From: Eledone cirrhosa
Lineage: Eukaryota
NCBI GenBank assembly: GCA_964016885.1
Contig: OZ024742.1
Span: 58,528,001-58,592,000 of the forward strand
Direction of reading: 5' to 3'
Length of the DNA stretch: 64,000 nt
Part shown: in pieces, positions 26,236 to 37,810 of the stretch
Numbering within the stretch: the first letter of the stretch is position 1
How the letters are laid out: each line of letters begins with the position of its first letter
The notes under the pieces: model-generated
Told to the model about the DNA's origin: nothing
What the model saw: the letters and a program-made list of their open reading frames with translations, nothing else
The model's database searches: none
Position numbers and translations under genes: made by a program

Positions 26236-26428
26236 GGGCGGTGGATTGGTAGTATCGGTAGAGGGTCGGACGCCATGCTTTGCAGCATAGAGTTACGTCC
26301 CTTTACGGTCTCAGTTCAAATCCTGCCGAGGTTAACTTTGCCTTTCATCTTTACAGGGTTGATAAAATAAAGTACCAGTAATGCACTGGAATAATTGCTG
26401 GCCTTGTGCCAAAAGTAGAAACAAATAT
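26236..26428 (+). mobile_element. Meta-domain-like SINE inserted in the degenerate minisatellite
   Basis: Full gggcggtggattgg...gtagaaacaa copy. Confidence 0.85.
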
Positions 26429-26902
26429 TACAAGTACACCAACCAGCACTCATCAGCCTATTGTTATCCCAACAAATATACTAATCACTGTTGCTATCAC
26501 AACTATGATACTAACCTTCAGCCACTAGCCTGTTATTGACACAATAAATGCACTAACAACTAGTTTGTTGCTATCACAACTAATATACCAACCACCAGCC
26601 TCCAATTTGTTGCTATCACACTCATTATATCAGCTCCCAAACACCCACTTGTTATCACAATTAGGGTATCAACAACCAACCTCCAACCTGTTGCTATTAC
26701 AACTAATATACCATCCACCAACTTGTTGCTATCACAACTAATATACCATCCACCAATATGTTGCTATCACAACTAATATAACTTCCCCCAACCTGTTGCT
26801 ATCAATATGCTACCGATCTATAGCTATCCTAACTAATATAACAACCACTGACCACTATAACACTTGTTATCATAACTAATATATCAACCACTGACTACTA
26901 TA

Positions 26903-27097
26903 CAGACATGTCAACTCTCCATGTTTGATGGCAAGATTTCCCCCGTTTTGACTCATTTCTCTCCATTTCCCTGTTTTTGTGAAAATGGGTATAGCTTTCC
27001 TTATGTAAAATCTCCCCATTTTGCCTCATTTCTCTTCATTTTGGAGCACTTTTTTTATGGTACTCCCCATTTGGGTTTTTAGAAATTGGCAGGTCTG
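26903..27097. mobile_element. Small hAT-like MITE
   Basis: Termini cagacatgtcaa / ttggcaggtctg (10 of 12 inverted match) interrupting the minisatellite. TSD unclear. Confidence 0.5.
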
Positions 27098-27134
27098 ACA
27101 AAAACACTTGCTATCATAATTAATATAACAACCA

Positions 27135-27430
27135 CTGACAACCATAACACTTACTATCTGACCACTATAACATTTGCTATTGGACCACCATAACACTTAC
27201 TATCTGACCACCATAACACTTGCTATTAGACCACCATAACACTTGCTATTGGACCACCATAATACTTGCTATTAGACCACCATAACACTTGCTATCTGAC
27301 CACCATAATACTTGCTATTGGACCATCATAACACTTGCTATCTGATCACCATAATACTTGCTATTTGACCATCATAACATTTGTTATCACAATTAATAAC
27401 AACTACTGACCACCATAGCACTTGCTAACA
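27135..27430. repeat. 23-bp tandem repeat
   Basis: Unit gaccaccataacacttgctat(tg/ct/ta); gacc at 27183, 27206, 27229 and onward. Confidence 0.9.
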
Positions 27431-27756
27431 TGACTAAGACATATCATTGAAATTTAAACAGAATATGCTTTGAACATTGACATTTAAAACATTCTATTTC
27501 TATTCTTGTTTCCCATGTATTTTTCATACCAAAGATTGAAAGATTTCTATAAAAACAGGCATTTAATCATGGTTTATTTTGGCTATTGATATTTTAAGAG
27601 CTTCTGGGTACTTTTACTAAAAAAATAAAGAACTTTTGTTGTCTTGGGCCAATAAATAGGAATTCAAATCGGTATTTAATTTTAAATTATTAAATTGGTT
27701 TCTTTTTAATGAAATTAATAGAAAAATAAATTCCATATTATATGTTGATCCTGATT

Positions 27757-27782
27757 CATCATCATCATCATCATCATCTTCG

Positions 27783-27858
<76 letters not shown>
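27757..27858. repeat. (CAT)n microsatellite, probably the tail of a minus-strand RTE-tail element
   Basis: Long catcat run followed by cgtttaatgtccac, the inverted RTE/SINE 3' end. Confidence 0.85.
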
Positions 27859-27859
<1 letters not shown>

Positions 27860-28439
27860 GTTTAATGTCCACTTTCTTTGCAAGCAAGGGTTGGATGGGT
27901 CTTCACAGACTGAGTCAGTACTAAAGTGAGGCTATTGACGCCTCCCACAGACATGGGGGTCAGGGGTTTGCATCATGCTCACATAGAATTAGTATATATT
28001 CATTTATTGATTTCATGTATTGAAAAATTTTGTAAACAGATCATTCATTAAGATGAAAACTAATGTTGATTTTCATGTGTTTCCACTTTATTTATATTTC
28101 AAAAGCTTTTCTCTTTGAAACAAACTGAAGGGTCCTCTTAACCTCTTGTTTGGAAAGATTTCTATGGCTAGTTTCCCTTCCTAACACCAACCACTTTACA
28201 TCATGTACTAGCTGCTTTTATTACGTAGATCACCAGCACTAGGGAGGCCGTCATGTCCTTGACACAACTAAAGAGTCCTCACAACCCTTTGTTTGGCAAG
28301 CTTTTTATGACTAGATGCCCTTTCTATCACCAACCACTTTACAGTGTGTACTGGGTGCGTTTATCATGTTGATCATCAACACTAGAAAAATTGTTGTGTC
28401 TTAGACACAGCTAAAGGGTCGTCTCAACCCTTTTAGACA

Positions 28440-29340
28440 GGGCGAGTGCTCCATTATCCTCTCGGACACACTTTTCTCCTACTACATCATGACTTTCTCT
28501 AGCATACTGTCTCACAATCCTGAACACGTCACACCTCTGATCTTCATGACGCAGAACATGTGCAAACTTCTTTTCTGCCTCTCCCCTCGCTAGATATACT
28601 TGGCATCTGGCCTCCCTTCTTGCTATCTGATATTGCTTTCTATCTCCTCTCTTTCTCCATTTTCTCCAGTTTGTCTTTTTGTTTTAATGGCTCTTTCTAC
28701 CTTGTCATTCCACCATCATCTCACCCTCCCTTTAGTGGGACTTTGCTCAAGTCGTAGACTTGGCTCGTGGCTTCCAGTAGGTTGTCCCATAGAAATTCCC
28801 AATTTTTCTCTATGTTACATGTCCCTAGCTCCTCTTCCTTACTGTCATAGGCATCAAGAAGGATTTCTCTAAATTTGTTACCTACAGAGGATTCTTTCAG
28901 CTTCCAAGTCTTCCTTCTCCAAACTGGCTTTTGTCTCTTGCTCCACCTAACCCTTTCTCTAAGGTCACTGACAACTACTCTATATTGGAAGGTCCATTCC
29001 TTCCCAGGGAAAGACTTGGTATTTACAACCATTTACTTATCTCATTTCCTGGTGAGGTTGAAGTCTATTTGGCTTGTGCGCCCCCTTGATTAATAGGTAA
29101 TCAGGTAGTTGACTGGTTTCTTGAAGTTTGTTTTACAGATCATTAAGTCAAGAGCATCACAGAACTCCAGAAGTCTAGTTCCCTCCTCATTTCTTTAGCC
29201 ATATCTGCAACCTACGTATATGACATGGAATCCGTCATGATGTTTCCCAACATGGGCATTGACATCACCAGCTGTGATCATAAGATTGCTGTCATCTGTC
29301 ATTGCAGTAATCTGTAGGAGGGCCCTTATAGAAATGGTAT
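28440..29340 (-). mobile_element. RTE-clade LINE endonuclease/linker fragment
   Basis: GDVNAHVG..GCRYG (APE GDFN motif) and W+LK..F..AYDSKEEE..NIEKNW, homologous to 52860-53180. Confidence 0.75.
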
Positions 29341-29398
29341 TTTTGTTCATCTGCAAGCATAGCTTGTAGGGTGTATGCATATATATATATATAAACTC

Positions 29399-29680
29399 TC
29401 TTGCTCAAGGAAACAACACATCACCCGGCCTGAGTTCAATTCTCATTGCCCCAGTTTACTCAGCTGTAGAAATGAGATGGTAGGGACTGGGGTCCATATC
29501 ATTCCACTGCAAAGTGGTCGTGGAGGTGCCACGGCAAAAAAGCACCCAGCACTCACTGTAAATGAGGCTGGTGTTAGGAAGGGCATCCAGCTGTCGAAAT
29601 CAAGCCAGAATCAGTTCCCGTCCCACCTTTGCAAGCAGGGAAAAGCGGACATAAAATGATGATGATGATGATGATGATGA
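29399..29680 (+). mobile_element. CORE-type SINE with RTE tail; 5' 36 bp inverted
   Basis: Body matches 7870-8140. 29399-29434 is the reverse complement of the core. Confidence 0.75.
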
Positions 29681-29699
29681 CGATATATATATGTATATA

Positions 29700-29764
<65 letters not shown>

Positions 29765-30092
29765 TGGTTATATTATCTTCACTGTTTATACAGGGTATCC
29801 AAAAAAATCTATACACACTTTGATTACCTATAAAGGCAATATTTATTAGAATGTACAGCGAAAAATAAAATGATCTACATACATTATTTCAATTGTATCA
29901 AAACACCCAAAAAGATTTACCTTATTTTAATTATTGCATATAAAACAGAATTTATTTTAATGCATCTTTTAAAGATTTTGTTGTGTGTGTGTATATATAT
30001 ATATATCTACATATATATATGTGTGTGTGTATGTATGGTTATATTATCTGTACTGTATATATATTATATGGTCATATTATTTGTACTGTATA

Positions 30093-30282
30093 ACGGTGGA
30101 TTGGCAGTATCGGTAGAGGGTCAGACGCCATGCTTTGACGCACAGAGTTATGGCCCTTGCCATTCTGAGTTCAAATCCCGCCGAGGTTAACTTTGCCTTA
30201 CATCCTTACGGGGTCGATAAAATAAAGTACCAGTAATGCACTGCATAATTGCTGGCCTTGTGCCAAAAGTAGAAACAATTAT
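30093..30282 (+). mobile_element. Meta-domain-like SINE within a ~30-bp minisatellite
   Basis: Family consensus match. Flanked by tatggttatattatctgtactgtata units that resume at 32345-32540. Confidence 0.85.
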
Positions 30283-30363
30283 TTGTACTGTATAACATAT
30301 TGCATGGTTATATCATCTGTACTGTATAATATATTGTATGGCTATATCATATATGTATATATA

Positions 30364-32344
30364 TACAAGTCAGCAGCAGCGTAGTAAGTAAGGCAATCAA
30401 AGATATGAAGATGGGGAAGGCAACCGGTCCATCGGGTATAGCTGCCGAGATGCTGAAGGCATCTGGGTCTGTAGGTCACACTATAACCACACGTATCGTT
30501 AACCAGGTAATACTAGAAGGGGCCATACCAAAAGATTGGTGCAGTAGCATCATTGTCAACTGCTACAAAGGCAAAGGCGATGCACTAGATAGAGGAAACT
30601 ATAGAGGTATAAAGTTGATGGACCAGGTCATGAAAGTAACAGAAAGAGTTATAGCACAGCTGATTAGGGACCGGGTGAATATAGACGAGATGCAATTTGG
30701 GTTTGTACCAGGAAGAAGCACCACTGATGCCCTCTTCCTTGTGAGGCAATTACAGGAAAAGTACCTAGCTAAAAGTAAGCCACTCTACTTGGCATTTGTC
30801 GACCTTGAGAAAGCCTTTGACAGAGTTCCACGTGCTGTAATCTGGTGGGCTCTTAGAAAACTAGGAGTAGATGAATGGCTTGTGAAAGCGGTACAAGCCA
30901 TGTATAGGGGAGCAGTCAGCAAAGTTAGGATTAGCAATGAGTATAGCGAGGAATTTAGCGTACAGGTTGGGGTCCACCAGGGCTCTGTTCTTAGCCCTCT
31001 CCTGTTCATCATAGTCCTGCAGGCAATAACGGAGGAGTTTAAGACCGGATGCCCATGGGAACTCCTGTATGCTGATGACCTCGCACTCATAGCTGAATCT
31101 ATGGTAGAACTAGAGAATAAATTCCAAACCTGGAAGCAGGGACTAGAGAGAAAGGGTCTCAAAGTCAACATGACCAAGACTAAGGTCCTTGTAAGTAGAC
31201 GAGAAAACAGAACCCAGATCCCCTCGGGGAAATGGCCTTGCTCAGTATGTAGGAAAGGTGTAGGTAGGAACTCCATTCTCTGCCCCAAATGCAAACAATG
31301 GGTACACAAGAGATGTAGCGGGATCTCAGGAAGCTTAATTAAGAATGTAGGATTCACATGCAGCAGCTGTGCTGAAACAGCAAGCAGCAAACAGCCACAG
31401 GAAACAAGTACCACCAATCTCTGGGAGGGCCCTGTAGAAACAGTAGACAGCTTCTGCTACCTAGGTGACCGAATTAGCAACGGAGGTGGGTGTTCAGAAA
31501 GTACAATAACTAGGGTAAGAACGGGATGGAAGAAGTTTAGGGAACTACTACCACTGCTAGTTGCAAAAGGCTTCTCCCTCAGAATGAAAGGCAGACTGTA
31601 TGATGCGTGTATCCGAACAGCGATGTTGCATGGTAGTGAGACCTGGGCGCTGAAGGTGGAAGACTTACATAGATTAGAGAGAAACGAAGCCTGCATGCTC
31701 CGATGGATGTGTAACAGTAATATACGTGAACGACAAAGCATAAATGAATTGAGAGAGAGACTGAGCATAAGAGGAATCAAATGCTGTGTGCAGGAGAGGC
31801 GGTTGCACTGGTATGGACATGTGATGCGTATGAAGGATGACAGCTGCATAAAAAGGTGCAGAGCACTAGAAGTTGATGGAAACCGCGGAGTGGGGAGACC
31901 CAAGATGACCTGGGATGAGGTGATAAAAGCCGACCTTACCCAATTACACCTCTCAAAGACAATGACACACGACCGTGACTTCTGGCGTCACGCAGTAATA
32001 CAGAGTACCCGACCTCCCATGGGTATATGCTGAAGCATATAAACAATATGCCCCCACACCCCCCACCGCAAGGTGGTCGTGGAGGTGCCACGGCAAAAAA
32101 GCACCCAGCCCACACTGTAAAGTGGACGTGTAGGCGCCACGAAAAAGCACCCAGCACTCACTGTAAATGAGGTTGGTGTTAGGAAGGGCATCCAGCCGTA
32201 GAAATCAAGCCAGATCAGTTCCTGTATGAGCAAGGCATGGTCAGCCGACCAGACACTGCACACAACAGGACAACCCGTCTAACCCATGCTAGCGTGGAAG
32301 AACGGACGTAAAACGGTGATGATGATGATGATGATGATGATGAT
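30364..32344 (+). mobile_element. 5'-truncated RTE-clade LINE (PHD family, subfamily A) with 3' UTR and (GAT)n tail
   Basis: Uninterrupted RT ORF. Near-identical to 50670-52640 on the opposite strand. Confidence 0.95.
30405..32033 (+). CDS. Truncated LINE ORF2: RT with inserted PHD finger and thumb; no endonuclease
   Basis: QFGFVPGRST, FVDLEKAFD, HQGSVLSP, YADDL; C4HC3 at 31239-31370. 542 codons open. Confidence 0.85.
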   Translation: MKMGKATGPSGIAAEMLKASGSVGHTITTRIVNQVILEGAIPKDWCSSIIVNCYKGKGDALDRGNYRGIKLMDQVMKVTERVIAQLIRDRVNIDEMQFGFVPGRSTTDALFLVRQLQEKYLAKSKPLYLAFVDLEKAFDRVPRAVIWWALRKLGVDEWLVKAVQAMYRGAVSKVRISNEYSEEFSVQVGVHQGSVLSPLLFIIVLQAITEEFKTGCPWELLYADDLALIAESMVELENKFQTWKQGLERKGLKVNMTKTKVLVSRRENRTQIPSGKWPCSVCRKGVGRNSILCPKCKQWVHKRCSGISGSLIKNVGFTCSSCAETASSKQPQETSTTNLWEGPVETVDSFCYLGDRISNGGGCSESTITRVRTGWKKFRELLPLLVAKGFSLRMKGRLYDACIRTAMLHGSETWALKVEDLHRLERNEACMLRWMCNSNIRERQSINELRERLSIRGIKCCVQERRLHWYGHVMRMKDDSCIKRCRALEVDGNRGVGRPKMTWDEVIKADLTQLHLSKTMTHDRDFWRHAVIQSTRPPMGIC

Positions 32345-32919
32345 ATATATGATTATATTATCTGTACTGTATATATATATATATATTATATGGTTATATT
32401 ATTTGTACTGTATATATATTATATGATTACATTATCTATACTGTATATATATTATATGGTTATATTATCTGCACTGTATATACCTTATGTGATTATATTA
32501 TCAGTACTGTATATATATTATATGGCTATATTATCTGTACAGTATAGGAGAAACAACAACAAAACTCTATCAATTTATACTCTATCCTAAAACATCTTAA
32601 CCATCTTCCTTTCCTTGCCTGTTTCTCCATTTGTTTTCTATTTACTGTAACAATAATTGCTGTATCACTTTACTCCAACTTCATTTTTACAGAATCCATC
32701 AACAAAGGACAATATCCAATACGTTTTTTTTTTTCTTTTTACATAAACTAATCCATTTCTCGTTGAGATTCTTCTTTGTTCTTCCTACTCACTCCTTCTA
32801 TGTTTTGCTATGTAGCTTTACTGATCAATAATTGATCTTTTTTCTGCAATAACTTCCTCTTAGACGTCCTTTTCTGTTCATCACGTTGTTGTTGTTGTTG
32901 TTGTTGTTGTTGTTCTTGT

Positions 32920-33990
32920 TCTTATTATTGTTTGTCTTATTTTTGTTGCGCATCATCACTGCATTACTGCGTGCAGCTCTGTGCACTTTGGGTATGTGCA
33001 GTGTGGTTTTTTGGTGGTGTTTCTATTGTATTGAGAGTATTGTTCATAATATGTGTGCAGTACCAAGGAGTGCTATTTTTGTATGCTGTATATATTTGTA
33101 AGTCTTTCGTCTGGAAACAGGTTATCTTTTTTCAGGTGTTTAGTCAGTTTCTACGATACTATTGCAGTTATAGTTTTGTATATAGTAAGCTTGCCTTTCA
33201 TCCATTCGAGGTCGATAAAAAAAGTACTAGTCTTGTACTGAGGTCGATTTTTCCTCTGTACCCCTTTCTCACTTCTGCCTCTGCCAAGTTTAAAAAATGC
33301 CCTAAAACCACCATATATCCCTACGGCGCCCTCAGAACTCCTTCAGGAGTAACAAGATCATGCATACATATAGTAGGCAGGCATGTTATGGGTCTGTAGT
33401 TTGGGGCGTTTGCTGTGTCATTATTCTTGGGGATCGGGGTGGTTTTTGCCTTAGAAATCCAGTCAGGTGTTTTTTCTGGTTCTGTCAGAGTCTCATTAAA
33501 GATTTTTGCAAGTAGACCATGTATCCTTGTTAAATAATTCAACCAAAAGTTGGGGATCCTGTCATATCCCAGTGCCTTCAAGCTGCTTGCTTTTTTTTTG
33601 GTGTGTTAAACATGTTCTGTTGTAATATCTTTCCACAATTACTCAGCTGCTGTGTTCATTGTTCTTGCTAGTTTTGTGTATGGTAATCTTCTCCAAAACT
33701 CTTCCACTTCTTTTACTTTTGAAGCTACATTTACTTCTATTTTGCACCTATTAAGTTCCTGGTAGAATCGTTTTGGGTTGGAGTAAAATAGCTGATTTTG
33801 TAAAAATAACTTTGGGCGCTTTTCATATCTCTGGATTCTTTGTGCCTCTGCAAGTATTTGTTTTTTTTAGGCATTCCTTAGTCTCCGGGATTTCTTTTTC
33901 TGTTAAATTATATTTTTTAGGAGTTTTATTTTGTTTCCTATTCCTAGTTTTTTTGTTTTCTTTCCTGTTTCATTGAAGATTGAGAGGTCT
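32920..33990 (-). mobile_element. R4/Dong-like (RLE) LINE fragments
   Basis: GYDRIPNFWL..TPIPK..NYRPITCLPT and C-terminal IQKIALLGTAHIL. Confidence 0.7.
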
Positions 33991-34109
33991 TTTGTTTTAT
34001 TTTTTAGCTTTTTTGTATGTTGATTTCCATCTTTGTGTGGATTTTATTTGTGTAGACCTAAATGGCTGTTGCAAATATTATATTAATTAGCCTCCCCCTC
34101 CTCCTTCTT

Positions 34110-34520
34110 TTTCTTCTTCTTCTTCTTGCGATCATATTCTTTCGGTCATTACCCAAGATTCATGACCCTAGGTAAAGGTTAGAATGAATACCAAATTGAA
34201 GATAACAAGTTTCGCTTTTACACCTACCTCCCCTCTTCTGATTACCGAATGCTGAAGCTGGCACATTACTGAACCAGCTCCTGCAAATTTTGCACTTAAT
34301 TCAGCATCCTGCTTTCCATCACTCGTGAATGAGGCCCTGAAATACTTGCACTTCTCCACCTGCTTCAGTGGAACTCCATTCACATGTATCGTACACTGCA
34401 CAGGCTTTCTTTAGAGAGTGAGTGTCTCAGTTTTTGCAGCACTGATTTTCATTCCAGCCATGCAGCACTCAGCAACAAACCTATCAAGTAAAAGTCAGAG
34501 ATTACCTTCTGTCGAGTTAA
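34110..34520 (-). mobile_element. RTE family-2 fragment
   Basis: VNGVPLKQVEKCKY; homologous to 11340-11700. Confidence 0.75.
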
Positions 34521-34599
34521 GTAAGGAAATTGTCGAGTTAAGAAAAGGAAATTGTCGTTATCTCTTGTGTAAGCATTCATCCTTTGAATCATAAGTATG

Positions 34600-35050
34600 T
34601 TTTACAGATTTTGAAGGTTCCAGATATGGCTATTTGTAGCTTACAAATTAAGGAGCTATGTTCTTTCTCCACAAATCCAAGCTCCATTATAATTTGGTCC
34701 AGGTAGGTTTGTATACAACCTGTAGTATATAATGAATATAAAACTCAATGAGTATCTTAGATACTGGATCTGCAGACTTCTCATCTCGTGCATTTTTCGT
34801 ACTGATGTTGACATCAAGTGGGAAGCTGACTTCTACAACAGAGCATGTTTTTAATGTGTGGTACCAAACAACACTATCAGGCCAGTTGTGCTTTAATTTG
34901 GTGGTGTTTTTTTATTTTTTGGTTCCACCAATATTCTTTTGAGCCATCAGTTTCAACATATTTCTGCCTATTTGATTTGATTTTCATCTTCCGTAATGCA
35001 TTCCAGATCATTCTAACTATCACATCATGCCTTACAGGGTGTATATACTG
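34600..35050 (-). mobile_element. RLE endonuclease fragment of an R4/NeSL-like LINE
   Basis: RHDVIVR, EYWWN, PD.VVW..C.VVEVS.P.D.N motifs, similar to 59900-60300. Confidence 0.65.
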
Positions 35051-35187
35051 GGGGATGGGGGGGGGGGGGGACCCTAGCACTACTATGTTACAGAGTGAAC
35101 TGGATACATTTTATGGAGTCACCAGCACTAAAGAGGTTGAAGGGACCTCTTGTTTGAAATAAAATATTCTCTGTTACCTTCCCAAAT

Positions 35188-35700
35188 AATTGAGTTTGGA
35201 GACAGTTTTTGTAATCATTGTATCAATATAATAATATGAAATCGATTAGAAGGACAAATAATGCATATATAAATTAAACTTAGGTACTTATTCATAAATT
35301 TTTCAATCTAAAAGACTCATCAGTGAATATAGATTCACGTTAGTTTCATGTTAGTAACTAAAATGTTCCTAGCCCACTAAAGCTTATGCGTTTTCAAATT
35401 CAAAACAAAATAGATCTTATATTCACGCTTGAGGAAGAAAAAGAAAATATACCCTAACAGCTTTTAAGATAACTTCAGCTAAAGATTATACTTTTTTAAC
35501 TTTGTTAACCAATGTTAAAACGTTCCTGGCATTAAAAAAATCAAAACAAATCTTATATTCACTAATGAAAGTCATTTAGACTGAAAAAATATAAATAAAA
35601 TCCTATGTTTAATTATTGTAAACACTGTTTGGCCTTGCAATCAATTAAAAAAATTATGATATTGACACAATGCTTTCAAAAATTATTTCGAAACACAATA
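35188..35700. mobile_element. MITE-like element with long degenerate inverted arms (~150 bp)
   Basis: 35188-35336 aligns with the reverse complement of ~35548-35700 (cattgt.tcaatat, aattaaac.tagg, tctaaa.gact, agtgaatata). Confidence 0.65.
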
Positions 35701-36639
35701 AGTTGTCAAAAGGCATTGGTCAATGCGGGGCTGTAGTAGAAGACACTTGCCCAAGGTGATGCACAGTGTCACTAAATCTAAAACTATGTGGTTGCAAAGT
35801 GAACCTCTTAACCTCACGACCATACCTACATCTACATCTTTAAAAAAGAGACAATTTGTGTTGATTGAATTATTTTTATTTTTATGATTCTTTTCTTTTT
35901 TTTCTGTAGAAATAATAATTTCCTATTCAGAAAGAAAATGTTGAATTTCTATAAAAGAAACATCACTTTGTGATGCAGTCAATGAGGAAAATATTGACAC
36001 TGTCTAGTAATTATAGAAAAATAAAGAGAAGAGAGAAACGAGACAAGACAAAAAGACATATGGTGACAGTCGTTAAAGAAGTTAACATTGCTATGGAGTT
36101 GAAATTGAAAAATGGACTCTGGTTTTTGGAATTTATCATCATCATCATCATCATCATCATCGTTATATATAATAATATTTAATAAATTGAAGTATGGAAA
36201 TGTAGAACCATGTCTTCATATTTATTAACATAACAATACTCCATCGGGTACTGACTTATGTGATACCAGATCTTAGGTACCACTGATGTGGATTGGTTAA
36301 ACCTGACTATGCCATACTTCATTGATTGCAGTAGTAAAATACAACACTGACAATCAGTGTTGACTGGGTGCTTTTTGTCGTGACACCTACACGACTACTT
36401 TGCAGAGTGGACTGGGCACTCGCTTTTGTCATGGCACCTACATGACCACTATAGTGTGAGCTGAGCTCTTTTGTCGTGGCTCCAGGGGGCTCACTTTATG
36501 AAGGAGGTTGGAAACTTGGGAGGGGTGGAGAAGATGCTTGGGGACGTAAGTATATGGGAGGGGAGATGGTAGGGCATGGTGTTACCTACTAGGTACATGC
36601 CTCAGCCCGAGAATATATATATATATATATATATATATA

Positions 36640-37110
36640 CTTTCGTCCTATCTGATAAAACTAATAACATTTACAAAGTCGATAATACTACTTACAGCTA
36701 CTTGGCACACAACGCTATAACTTCTAAGTATAAAAAGGCAGACCCCCATGGCCTACCACGGTATCAATACAGAAGCCAAGCACCTAGCTTCCACCCTTAA
36801 GGTAGATAAGAAACTCCAATGCATGAGGCCTTTCTCCCCCTTAAAGATCACAAGATAGACTTTGCTTCTAACCCCACTTGTAGACTACTGAACCCAGCAC
36901 GTACGGAAATGAGGCTGGTCAATAAGGCTATACTTAGGAATATAGTTAAGATTATTAGGACTAAGTCTGTACCAGTGAGAGAACAGTGACTCTGTCATTA
37001 AGTAGTTCAACTCTTTCAGCTCCCAAAAAAGTGAAATTTACTCAGTTTGACATTGTGGATTTTTACCCGTCTATCTCGGCGACGCTGTTGAACTAAGCAT
37101 TGCTCTAGCA
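36640..37110 (+). mobile_element. Penelope-like element RT fragment
   Basis: LKDHKIDFASNPTCRLLNPARTE and KFTQFDIVDFYPSIS are readable across frameshifts and stops. Confidence 0.75.
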
Positions 37111-37484
37111 TGAGTTGCCTCCCCTTTGGGAAGAACTTCTACACATGCATATTTGTATAATTATTTTCCTTTTCCGTATAATCTCATTTAGACTGAGCTG
37201 ATGATCCATCTAAGGTGAAACAAATTGTTCTTGGAAATGATGAATTAACTGTTGTGGAACTACTTCTACCAAACTCATCCCATGGATTAAGTGCTCTGCT
37301 ACTACGGTTATAACCCTCTGGGGAGGGGGGGGGGGGGCAATAGGAGAGGGTGATAGGAATGAATATATAAATGTATATGGTGATTTGGCAGGGAAATTAG
37401 TATGGGGTAAAGGTGGTGATTAGTGGATGGAGAGAAAAGGGATGTAGTAGTGTGAAGGATGGGATTTATTGGGTGGAGAGTCTT

Positions 37485-37810
37485 TCGAAGGAAGTAAATC
37501 CCTCATCTGGCAACATACTGTGACATATTCTCCGCCTTCAACTTAATCGCCTCGGCCACAAACCCCAGTACGGCAGCTCACAATACAGAGCTCAGGAAAA
37601 CAAACAAATATCACAGCTTGTCCGGCCACTTCCTATATGCACTGGTCGCCATCGAGATCTCAGGCATCCTCAGTCCCTGGACAGCTGACCTTCTCTATAA
37701 AATCGGATCAATAGCAGCCTGCCTGAGGAAGGAACCCTGTGAGGTGGGGTGGCTGTTGCAGTGTGTGTAGCTGGCCATTGTCCCTGGAAATGCCTTTGCT
37801 ATTTTGACGG
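37485..37810 (+). mobile_element. CRE/NeSL-like RLE C-terminal fragment
   Basis: KSLIW, RKTNKYHSL, VAIEISG and WLLQ..LAI..GNA.AIL-like motifs. Confidence 0.55.

Noticed and set aside
29790-29960. Tc1/mariner-like terminus tacagggtatccaaaaaa
   Set aside because: No matching opposite TIR or transposase remnant found.
30785-31903. Long antisense ORFs over the RTE copies (also 41733-42551, 50736-51947)
   Set aside because: Shadow frames of the RT coding strand with no independent motifs.
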